Source: a bacterium
GTDB taxonomy: Bacteria > UBA8248
NCBI GenBank assembly: GCA_965207065.1
Contig: OZ242260.1
Coordinates: forward strand, 3,296,001-3,360,000
DNA length: 64,000 nucleotides
Reading direction: 5' to 3'
The notes beneath the pieces were generated by a model. That model ran no database searches, had not been told where the DNA came from, and saw only the letters and a program-made list of their open reading frames with translations. The position numbers and the translations under genes were made by a program. This document shows positions 29,731 to 37,843 of the stretch, in pieces; within the stretch, counting starts at the first letter, position 1; each line of letters opens with the position of its first letter.

Positions 29731-29759
29731 GGGCGGACACACGGGTCCGCCCCTACGAA
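29731..29759 (-). repeat. REP, right boundary of the low-GC cassette
   Basis: GGGCGGACACACGGGTCCGCCCCTACGAA, inverted copy of 27697-27725. Confidence 0.85.
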
Positions 29760-29839
29760 AGCGTTGCTCCCAAGGTTGTCCGCAAAACCTGCCACATTTG
29801 TCGAAATTGATGCCGGTAAAAAGATTAAAAGTGAAACGC

Positions 29840-30145
29840 TTAAGAACGCCCCCTTAACACCCGCTTCGAGGCCCTCGTGGCGTGTTCGCGGAGCACGCGG
29901 TTTATCTCGGTCTGGTATCCGCGTCCGTCCGGAGCATTCGCCCGGAACCACGCCACAACGTCGGCGTCTAGCCTGAGCGTGATCTGCTTCTTCAAGGGCC
30001 GGTAGAGGAGGTCGCGTCTGGCGCCCGCCCAATCGAGAGTTTCAGGGAGGTCTCTCGTGTCTATCTCTGCATCGGGTATGGCGGCGAGCGCCTCGATATC
30101 CGTTTTCTGCTCCTTGGTGAGTTCTTTAGAAGTCCCCTCGTTCAT
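29840..30145 (-). CDS. brnA: BrnA family antitoxin
   Basis: YRPLKKQITLRLDADVVAWFR...GYQTEINRVLR RHH signature. Confidence 0.92.
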   Translation of the reverse strand: MNEGTSKELTKEQKTDIEALAAIPDAEIDTRDLPETLDWAGARRDLLYRPLKKQITLRLDADVVAWFRANAPDGRGYQTEINRVLREHATRASKRVLRGRS

Positions 30146-30497
30146 AGGCTCTCCTCTCGCGCGCCGTGGCTTATCCGGCGCTGATGATGCGGCTCGTCTC
30201 GACGCCGGTATTGCCGTGCGTTTTTTGGGGGGGGTGTTGAAAAAACTCGAAGAACGAGGGCTTGACGTGATCGGGAAGGGGGCGGTTTTTTGTAGGGGCC
30301 AATCCCTCCTCGGGATTGGCCCACGTATTCATGCGGCCCTTTTGATGGGTGGAAAAAAACAGGGTCGCATATATGTCGGACATATATGTCCGACATACAC
30401 ACAAACATATTTTCCCTCTCTGTTATTTTCAACAGCCCCTTGAGGCCGTGCTTGCGCCTGTTCGCGCGATCCTTTTTTCATCCCATTCCCGGCGCAA
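30126..30497 (-). pseudogene. brnT: brnT toxin pseudogene interrupted by a MITE-like element
   Basis: 5' piece reads EWDEK/DRANRRKHGL with a 1-nt frameshift in an A6 run; 3' piece reads ETSRIISAG*ATARERRAYERGDF* with an internal stop; the middle is replaced by 30231-30439. Confidence 0.82.
30231..30439. mobile_element. MITE-like element with terminal inverted repeats and an internal REP doublet
   Basis: Ends GGGGTGTTGAAAA and TTTTCAACAGCCCC; contains GTAGGGGCCAATCCC..GGGATTGGCCC and GTCGGACATATATGTCCGAC. Confidence 0.65.
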
Positions 30498-30512
30498 CGC
30501 CCCGGCTCATTT

Positions 30513-30534
30513 ATAACTACGATAATGTAGTTAT
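30513..30534. promoter_or_regulatory. Palindromic operator candidate upstream of brnTA
   Basis: ATAACTAC-GATAAT-GTAGTTAT, a perfect 8-bp inverted repeat immediately 5' of the brnT remnant. Confidence 0.55.
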
Positions 30535-30575
30535 GAATAAGTATTTCATCAAGCGGCGTCGATGCTGGTGTATAT

Positions 30576-30745
30576 GCAGGGACAGGTCGCGACCTGTCAC
30601 TACCACCGCTACATTTCGAGTAAACCCCTCCTCGGGGTTGTCCTGCCCCCTTGGTTGTCCATTTTGTTTGCCGATAAATCAGGACAGGCGCAGGGGCCTC
30701 GGACAGGCACAGGGGCCTCGGACAGGCACAGGGGCCTATTCCTAC
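30576..30745. repeat. REP cluster with a 19-nt tandem triplication
   Basis: GGACAGGC(A/G)CAGGGGCCT(C/A) x3 at 30682-30738, plus other REP cores. Confidence 0.8.
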
Positions 30746-30810
30746 TGCGGGCGCCCGGCTTTATTCACGCGGTAAAATCCGCCCGAAACCGACATCCAGA
30801 GAACCCATCC

Positions 30811-31545
30811 TCAATAACCCAGAACGCCGTAGTCACCGTCCAGGATCAGGCGGACCGAGACGTACAGCCCCAGCAGCGGGCACAGTATCCAGGGGGAATT
30901 CATCGCAAGAATGTAGATATACAGCTCGCCCCGGCTGATCCGGGCTTGCCGGTTGGCTACGAAGAAGCTGACCAGGTAGACCGACGTCATGTACGTCAAT
31001 TGCCAGAACAGCATCACGCCGATGATGCCCGCAACGAGGGCGGGCAATATATCGAACGTATAGGCGGTGTAGAGGATCAGCGTCGGCAGCGGCGTTGCGA
31101 AGCCGTTCGCGATATCCACGTTGAAGCCGTAAGTGCGCCGGTCCGCGTAGGAGTCATCGAACTGTGCGTACGTCGCCCAGACGTCCGCCCACAGTGTCGG
31201 CGACAACGTCTTCGCAAGCGGGACTTTCGTGAGGAGGAATTCAGCTGCCGGCGTACCGCCCGTCTCGCACCGCCGCTCGCGCCAATATTCTGCGCGCGCC
31301 TCGATATAGTCTCTTCTTAAGAACAGACACGCCTCCCAATAGCAGATCAACAGGTTGATCGAAAAGAACAGGCTCAGAACGGCATGAATGACGCCGAAAT
31401 CCCCGCGAGCGCAGTAGCGCGCACCGACCCCGGCAGATGCCAGGACAGCGACGACCAGCACGGCGAACAGTACCGCCGGGATCCTCAGTCGACTCTGGCG
31501 CGCGCCTCGTTCGGGATGCGCTCGATCGGTTCGGTATTCGGGCAT
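30811..31545 (-). CDS. Integral membrane protein, EXPERA/emopamil-binding-protein-like
   Basis: Several TM helices; W-x-x-YA-x-x-D-x-x-Y and N-x-x-W-x-x-x-P motifs. Confidence 0.6.
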   Translation of the reverse strand: MPEYRTDRAHPERGARQSRLRIPAVLFAVLVVAVLASAGVGARYCARGDFGVIHAVLSLFFSINLLICYWEACLFLRRDYIEARAEYWRERRCETGGTPAAEFLLTKVPLAKTLSPTLWADVWATYAQFDDSYADRRTYGFNVDIANGFATPLPTLILYTAYTFDILPALVAGIIGVMLFWQLTYMTSVYLVSFFVANRQARISRGELYIYILAMNSPWILCPLLGLYVSVRLILDGDYGVLGY

Positions 31546-31844
31546 GTATCCTGATCCTCGCAGGTAGTCAGGCGTTGGGGCTCCCCGCATTGTAATGGAT
31601 CGGCATCCCCCCGCAATCTAGGACGAATCGTTGCGGCAGGACGAAACATCATCGCAGGCAGGTTGTCATGGACCGGATTTCGGGAGGAAAGCCACGCGAC
31701 AATCCGGCGCGGGCCGGAATCCAGAACCGGTGAGTTGGGGCAGTTAGCGAGTCGCCTTCACAAGGATTGAGAGATGCAGTTCACTCCCCCCTCAGTCGAG
31801 TCCGACACCGGAATGACGAACCAAGGCGAAGGTCATTTTTTTCT

Positions 31845-31910
31845 ATAGGGATAAGTCACGACCTCGGACAGGCGCAGGGGCCTCGGACAGGCGCAGGGGC
31901 CTGTCGCTAC
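31845..31910. repeat. Degenerate REP composite with a 19-nt tandem duplication
   Basis: GGACAGGCGCAGGGGCCT x2, ending in CTAC. Confidence 0.75.
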
Positions 31911-31969
31911 TACTAGCCCCCGCCTTTCTCCCGCGATAGAATCCCCCCGAAGCCGCCGGGAGGGAGATC

Positions 31970-33136
31970 ATGAAAATTTTATGGATGGATGCAATGCTGG
32001 CCCTCGGATCGAGGAGGCGCACCGCATTCCTGCCGTGGCTCTTTGTTTTGCTGCTCACCGCGCTCTGCGCCGCGCCGGGGTGGGCGGCGGTGCGTCAGAC
32101 GGCGGCAGGCCCGGTATCGGTCGAGAAGATGGCGGGGGACCTCGATACGCCCTGGGGGCTGGCGTTCCTGCCGGGCGGGGCGTTCCTCGTCACCGAGCGG
32201 GGCGGCGCGCTGTTTCACTTCGACGCAAAACGCCGGAGGATAAAAATCTCGGGCGTCCCGGAAGTCTATGCGTGGGGGCAGGGCGGGCTGATGGACGTCG
32301 CCGCCGCGCGGGATTTTCAGAAAACGCGCGAGATATTCCTCACCTATTCGAAACGCCACGCTCGAGGCGGCGGAGGCACGGCGCTCGCCGTCGCGGCGCT
32401 TTCAGCCGACAATCGAAAGCTCGAGAACCTGCGCGTCATCTTCGAGATGGCGTCTCCCTCACGAGGCGGACGGCATTTCGGCTCAAGGGTCGTGGAGGCG
32501 GGGGACGGCACGCTATATCTCACGCTCGGCGAGCGGGGAGACCCCGATACGTCGCAGAACCTCTCCTTACACCACGGCAAGATAATCCGCGTCCGGCGCG
32601 ACGGGAGCGTACCGCCGGACAATCCCTTCGTGGGACGGGCGGGGGCGCGACCCGAGATATGGAGCCTGGGTCACAGGAACCCGCAAGGCGCCGCGCTCGA
32701 CGCGAACGGCGCGCTCTGGGCCGTCGAGCACGGCGCGCGGGGCGGGGACGAGATAAACCGGGTGCGGAAGGGCGCGAACTACGGCTGGCCGGTCATTTCC
32801 TACGGACGCCACTACTGGGGCGGTAAGATCGGCGTTGGAGTGGCGAAAGAGGGGATGGAGCAGCCTGCTTTCTACTGGGACCCTTCCATCGCGCCTTGCG
32901 GCATGGCGATTTATTCGGGGAAACTCCGGCCGGCCTGGCGCGGGCATTTCTTCGTCAGTTCTCTGAAATACGACCATATCTCGCGCCTGGACCCGGCAGG
33001 CGGTTTCCGGGAGGTGGAACGGCTCGCTTTCCCCGAAACGGGACGCGTGCGCGACGTGATTGAGGCGCCCGACGGAGCGATCTGGTTTTTGTCCGAGGAG
33101 AGAGGAGCGGTCTACCGGATCACGCCTTTGCGGTAG
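31970..33136 (+). CDS. PQQ-dependent sugar dehydrogenase (soluble aldose sugar dehydrogenase family)
   Basis: PWGLAFLP, VTERGG, GQGGL.D, HFGSR, GHRNPQG, EHG..GGDEIN, NYGWP, GRVRDV. Confidence 0.94.
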   Translation: MKILWMDAMLALGSRRRTAFLPWLFVLLLTALCAAPGWAAVRQTAAGPVSVEKMAGDLDTPWGLAFLPGGAFLVTERGGALFHFDAKRRRIKISGVPEVYAWGQGGLMDVAAARDFQKTREIFLTYSKRHARGGGGTALAVAALSADNRKLENLRVIFEMASPSRGGRHFGSRVVEAGDGTLYLTLGERGDPDTSQNLSLHHGKIIRVRRDGSVPPDNPFVGRAGARPEIWSLGHRNPQGAALDANGALWAVEHGARGGDEINRVRKGANYGWPVISYGRHYWGGKIGVGVAKEGMEQPAFYWDPSIAPCGMAIYSGKLRPAWRGHFFVSSLKYDHISRLDPAGGFREVERLAFPETGRVRDVIEAPDGAIWFLSEERGAVYRITPLR

Positions 33137-33221
33137 GTGTCAGTTCCGGGCGGGGAGGGGATGTCGGAAAAGTCCAGGTTTCGTGATTTGACGAATGGAA
33201 CCAACCGAGGAAATGGGATCC

Positions 33222-33268
33222 ATAAGGACAGATCGCGGCCCCGGACAGGCACAGGGGCCTGTCCCTAC
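33222..33268. repeat. REP composite (last GTAG-type REP seen in the window)
   Basis: GGACAGATCGCGGCCCCGGACAGGCACAGGGGCCTGTCCCTAC. Confidence 0.75.
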
Positions 33269-33786
33269 AAAGGCGCAATTCCAATTTCTAAATCGAACCA
33301 AACATCATCATTCCGGTGAAGGCAGCCGAGCACGTATGACGCATTTCCGCGCATTTGGCGTCATGGCGCGCGGCGGGCGTTTCGCTAGAGTGGCGCGGCC
33401 GGTTCGCCCCCCAGAGGGCGAAGTGGCCGGAGCAGGCGAAGTGGCCAATACGCCCAGGCTTCATGAGGAAAAGGCGATGGAGAAGGCAATCCCAGGCGAA
33501 GTTTTCATCCCGGCGAAGCGGGTGAATTTCGCGCGCTGTCCCCACGTCGGCGACCTCGCCGGTGCGGTGGAATCCTCGTACGGCAGGAGTGAGCGCGCGG
33601 ATTTCGAATTTCCGGAAAATAAGATAAATATAGATAAATTCCCGAAATGATTTGCAGGTCAAACTAACCATAAAAATTCATTGAATTTAACGAATTGTCA
33701 GGATATATTAAAGTATTACATTAGGTAATTATCGAAATTTATCGAATTTAAAAACTTTTTTGGAACCCCGCAGTTCCCCGCATTTG

Positions 33787-34890
33787 CTACGCGAAGCGCA
33801 TCGGGTCGTAGGGGGCCGGGTCGAGCGGGGGGGCGTCGCCCAGATAGAGCGCCGTCGCCAGCCTCACGCTCGCGGGCGCAGGTCCGATGCCCGAAGGCCC
33901 GTGCCCGGTGCAGAAGTAGAGGCCCTCGAGCGCGCCCAGGCCGATGAGGGGGAGGTAGTCCGACGAGGTGGGCCGGAAGCCGCTCCAGGTCTCCTCGATG
34001 GCGCAGGCGGCGATTCCGGGCGCGATGCGGGTCCCCTCACTCAGCAGCCAGGAGAGGCCGCCCACGGTGAGCCTCGGGTCCTCGCCGGCGAACTCCCGGG
34101 TCGCGCCCAGTATGACGCGGCCGTCGGCGCGGGGCACGAGGTAGGGGTCGTTCACGGTCAGCACGACGCGCTTCAGCCCGAGCGCGCGGGCGTCCAGGGC
34201 GAGCATCTGACCGCGCTGGGGGGTGATGGGCGGCCTCGGGGCGGCGCCGGGCACGCTCCGGCTGCCGATGCCCGCGCAGACGAAGACGGCGGGCGCCTCA
34301 TGAACTCCGGCGTCGGTACGGACCCCGGTGACTCTCTCGCCGTCGCTCAGGATTTCCTCCACCGCGCAGCCGGTGAGGATTTCCACACCCTGCCGCCTGC
34401 AGGCAATCTCGAGCGCGGGCCCCAGCTTTCTGACTTCGAGGTTTCCGCCCGTGACGTGCAGCGCTCCCAGCAAATCAGTCGAAAGACAAGGCTCTTCGCG
34501 CCTCAACACATCGGGCGGCATCCACTCCGTGTCGCCCCACTCGCGCGCACGGGCTTTTTGCTGGATGGACTCCGCCTCCTCCTCATCCAGGGCGATGAGC
34601 AAAACGCCGGTGAGGCGGTATTCGATGTCCGTTCCACTCTCCTCGGCGAGGGCTTCCGCGAGATGGGCCCAATCCTCATCGGAGGCGGCCCGGAGCCTCA
34701 GGCCCGGCAGGCCGGCGATATCGGCGGAGCCGCTCGTCCCGTGGGCGGAGATGATGCCGGCGGAAGCCCAGGTGGTTCCCGCTCCGGGCCTGCCCTTTTC
34801 GATGATGGTGACGCTCCTGCCCGTTTTGCGGAGTTCCCGCGCCGTCAGGAGACCCATGATGCCGCCACCGATGATAATAACGTCGCGCAT
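33787..34890 (-). CDS. FAD-dependent oxidoreductase, glycine oxidase ThiO/DadA family
   Basis: DVIIIGGGIMG, WASAG, RGQML, YLVPR, WSGFRP, TGH. Confidence 0.9.
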   Translation of the reverse strand: MRDVIIIGGGIMGLLTARELRKTGRSVTIIEKGRPGAGTTWASAGIISAHGTSGSADIAGLPGLRLRAASDEDWAHLAEALAEESGTDIEYRLTGVLLIALDEEEAESIQQKARAREWGDTEWMPPDVLRREEPCLSTDLLGALHVTGGNLEVRKLGPALEIACRRQGVEILTGCAVEEILSDGERVTGVRTDAGVHEAPAVFVCAGIGSRSVPGAAPRPPITPQRGQMLALDARALGLKRVVLTVNDPYLVPRADGRVILGATREFAGEDPRLTVGGLSWLLSEGTRIAPGIAACAIEETWSGFRPTSSDYLPLIGLGALEGLYFCTGHGPSGIGPAPASVRLATALYLGDAPPLDPAPYDPMRFA

Positions 34891-34994
34891 GAGATGCCTT
34901 TCTGATTTATCCGCCAGATGGATAGCCCAACCGGTCGGGTTATAACATGGAGGCTCGACCTCCCCGCAAGCAGGGGAGGGATATATCGGTAGAT

Positions 34995-35027
34995 AAAAAA
35001 ACGACGGCCCGGATGAGCCGTCGTTTT
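34995..35027 (-). terminator. Rho-independent terminator after the cold-shock gene
   Basis: AAAACGACGGC/GCCGTCGTTTT stem with a U-tract. Confidence 0.75.
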
Positions 35028-35047
35028 GGGTTCTCTCTGAATGAGGG

Positions 35048-35263
35048 TTATTCTTCGGAGTCACCCCCTTTTGTGACGTTTGCCGCCTGAAGCCCTTTCG
35101 GGCCTTGGACAATTTCGAAGTTCACGTTTTGTCCTTCCTCCAGGGTTTTGAAGCCCTCTCCCTGGATCGCGGAGAAGTGAACGAAAACGTCGTCACCATC
35201 CGTCTGCGAAATGAAACCATAGCCCTTGGCGTCATTGAACCACTTCACTGTTCCTTCTGGCAC
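35048..35263 (-). CDS. Cold-shock protein (CspA family)
   Basis: [37 protein letters not shown] start behind AGGAGA. Confidence 0.97.
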   Translation of the reverse strand: MPEGTVKWFNDAKGYGFISQTDGDDVFVHFSAIQGEGFKTLEEGQNVNFEIVQGPKGLQAANVTKGGDSEE

Positions 35264-35480
35264 TTGCTGATCTCCTGCATGTTTGGAAATGGGTAGAGAT
35301 GAAACTGGTGGGGGCCTTTCACTCCAAGTACATTTCCAGAAATTCAAGTTGGCCGCGCCGGCCGCAGCCTTTGTAATTGCTTATCAAACTAAACATCGCC
35401 TTGCAACCTGTGAGATTCTTATGTAGCAGGTGAGTTTCACCGAACGCTCGTACCTCAAATTAACAGGAGAATTAAAGTCG

Positions 35481-36029
35481 ATGACTCGTTTGATCGAAAT
35501 CCCGATAGAAAAGATGACGGAACCGCAAAGAAAACTCCATGAAAAAATCGCCTCCGGTCCCAGGGGAGGAGTGCGTGGCCCGTTTCTGGCGTGGCTCAAA
35601 AGCCCGGCTTATCTGGAAAAACTGGAAGAAACTGGACGTTACTTGCGCTATGACACCCTATTCGAGCCTAGACTAAGCGAGTTTGCGATCTTGATAACCG
35701 CCCGGTACTGGGGCTCTCAATATGAGTGGTATGCCCATGAGCCCTTAGCTAGAAAAGGGGGATTGTCGCCGGAGGTTATCAAGGCGGTTCAGGAGAACAG
35801 GCGACCCGCTGATATGGCTGCCGATGAGGAAGCAATCTATGATTTTTGCGTTGCACTGCACGGAGATCATTTTGTGAGCGATGAAGTTTATCAGAATGCA
35901 TTCGAGCATTTCGGAGAGCGTGGGCTGGTGGAGTTGATCGGCCTGATTGGACATTACACGACTGTTTCGATGACGCTCAACGCATTTGAACTACAAGTGC
36001 CAGAGGGAGAAGAACCTCCGTTAAAGTAA
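35481..36029 (+). CDS. Carboxymuconolactone decarboxylase family protein
   Basis: GPRGGVRGPF..W, EFAIL.TAR, YEWYAH..LA..GL; AGGAG RBS. Confidence 0.88.
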   Translation: MTRLIEIPIEKMTEPQRKLHEKIASGPRGGVRGPFLAWLKSPAYLEKLEETGRYLRYDTLFEPRLSEFAILITARYWGSQYEWYAHEPLARKGGLSPEVIKAVQENRRPADMAADEEAIYDFCVALHGDHFVSDEVYQNAFEHFGERGLVELIGLIGHYTTVSMTLNAFELQVPEGEEPPLK

Positions 36030-36043
36030 AGGGGTCACTCGAT

Positions 36044-36805
36044 ATGCGATTGCGGCTAGAAGGTAAAACTGCATTCATTACAGGAGCCTCTGTGGGGATC
36101 GGCTCCGCCATAGCGAGGCGTTTCGCCGATGAGGGATGTTCACTTTATTTGGCAGGTGGTAGAAACCAAACAGCTTTGGAGTCGACCCTCGCGCATTGTA
36201 AGACCCAAGGAATATCTGCGGCTGGCGAGGGGGTTGACTTGTCGAATCTGGCGAATGCGGCCCCTTTAATGAGTCGCGCCCTGATGCATCTGGGTCATCT
36301 CGATATTTTGGTGAACTGCGCTGGAATCCGCTGCAACAAGCCCGTGGAAGAAATCACGCATGAAGAGGTAGTTGCGCTTTTTCAAGTCAATGCGATGGCC
36401 TCGTTTATTCTGAGTGGGTTGGCAGCCAAGCACATGATTCCCAGGACAGGAGGTCAGATCATCAACATTGGCTCGACATCTGGAGAAGCGGGAGTTCCCG
36501 ATAATTCCCTCTACTGTGCGACGAAGGGCGCCATGCACCTGATGACGAAGGCGCATGCCGCCGAACTCGGGCCCAAAGGGATTCGGGTAAATGCGATAGC
36601 TCCGGGAACGACTTTGAGTGAGGGGACGAAGTATCGCGTGGAAACGCAAGCAGATAGACGAGAGAAACTGATGAGCAATATACCGTTGGGACGATTTGCT
36701 GTTCCGGAAGAAATCGCCGATTGCGCTGTATTCATGGCTTCTGATGAAGCATCATATATGAATGGGACAGTCATACTGATTGATGGCGGTAGATTATGCC
36801 AATGA
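36044..36805 (+). CDS. Short-chain dehydrogenase/reductase
   Basis: TGASVGIG, NCAG, YCATK, NAIAPG, DGG. Confidence 0.93.
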   Translation: MRLRLEGKTAFITGASVGIGSAIARRFADEGCSLYLAGGRNQTALESTLAHCKTQGISAAGEGVDLSNLANAAPLMSRALMHLGHLDILVNCAGIRCNKPVEEITHEEVVALFQVNAMASFILSGLAAKHMIPRTGGQIINIGSTSGEAGVPDNSLYCATKGAMHLMTKAHAAELGPKGIRVNAIAPGTTLSEGTKYRVETQADRREKLMSNIPLGRFAVPEEIADCAVFMASDEASYMNGTVILIDGGRLCQ

Positions 36806-36842
36806 ATATGTTCAAAGATATGGAATTAATGAAAGGTTTGAT

Positions 36843-37841
36843 ATGACGCATCGCCTCGGGTTTTGGCTCCTCACTTTTGCGGACATTTCTTTCGAGGGAT
36901 TGGGAGAGGTTTCCAGGCTTGGCGAGGAATTAGGATATGATCGAGTTTATACGACAGAATCTCTAACGGACACTTTGGCCATTAATCAGTTGATGGCGAC
37001 ATACACATCCAGGATTGAGATCGGAAGTTCGGTAGCCATCATTTATCTGCGCCATGCCTCCATGGCGGCTCAAGGCGCGGTGGCGATTAACGAAATCTCC
37101 GGCGGCCGTTATATCCTAGGTCTCGGACTTGGGCACCCGCCCCGGGTCAAAGCGATGGGGATAGAGCCCGGAAATCCTCTGGAAGATATGCGGAAATATG
37201 TGAGTGAGGTAAAGGGAGTATTGGATGGCGAGCCTGTATATCCTCTGCCTGTGCAGACTTACCAGGGGGAGGAATTGAAATTCAGGCGCTCAAACTATCC
37301 GGTCCGAATATACATAGCGGCTGTCGGCCCCAAAATGACAGAGCTTGGCGGAGAAATTGCCGATGGATTATTGCCGTACATGGTTCCGCTATCAAGAATG
37401 AGCGCCTATATGGAAGCGAGAGACACTGGTGCGAAACGAGCGGATAGAAATCCTCGTAATGTAGAAGTTGATCTTGGTTTGCATACCTTCTTATGTGACG
37501 ACCTCAACTTCGCGAGAGAAGCTGCTCGCCAAACATTGACATATTGGCTAGGACTGCCGGCATACAACAATTCGATTCGGGAAAGTGGTTATGAGCAAGA
37601 GGCAGAATCCATAAAGCGAGCCTTCGAAAGTGGCGATCAAAAAGCTTTGAGAGATGGTATTACAGATGCCATCATTGATGAATTTTGTCTTGTTGGCCCG
37701 CCGGAGAGGTGCCGGGAACGGTTGGCCGCTTTCCTTGAGGCCGGAGTGGATATGCCCGCCTTGATGATTGACCCCGTGTTGGCGGATGAAAGCTATCAAG
37801 ATGCCGTCGAGCGCACTCTAAATGCCTTGGCGCCAAGGTAG
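36843..37841 (+). CDS. LLM-class flavin/F420-dependent oxidoreductase
   Basis: EELGYD, TSRIEIGS, SGGRYILGLG, AAVGPKMTELGGEIADG. Confidence 0.88.
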   Translation: MTHRLGFWLLTFADISFEGLGEVSRLGEELGYDRVYTTESLTDTLAINQLMATYTSRIEIGSSVAIIYLRHASMAAQGAVAINEISGGRYILGLGLGHPPRVKAMGIEPGNPLEDMRKYVSEVKGVLDGEPVYPLPVQTYQGEELKFRRSNYPVRIYIAAVGPKMTELGGEIADGLLPYMVPLSRMSAYMEARDTGAKRADRNPRNVEVDLGLHTFLCDDLNFAREAARQTLTYWLGLPAYNNSIRESGYEQEAESIKRAFESGDQKALRDGITDAIIDEFCLVGPPERCRERLAAFLEAGVDMPALMIDPVLADESYQDAVERTLNALAPR

Positions 37842-37843
37842 AT

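Noticed and set aside
30511-30540. dif-like site (GATAA TGTAG TTATG)
   Set aside because: The spacer is 5 rather than 6 nt and the XerD arm matches poorly; an operator palindrome upstream of brnTA explains it better.
33696-33709. TGTCAGGATATATT resembling a T-DNA border or MOBP nic site
   Set aside because: Only an 11-nt core match in very AT-rich DNA; the rest of the border is absent and there are no relaxase or transfer genes in the window.
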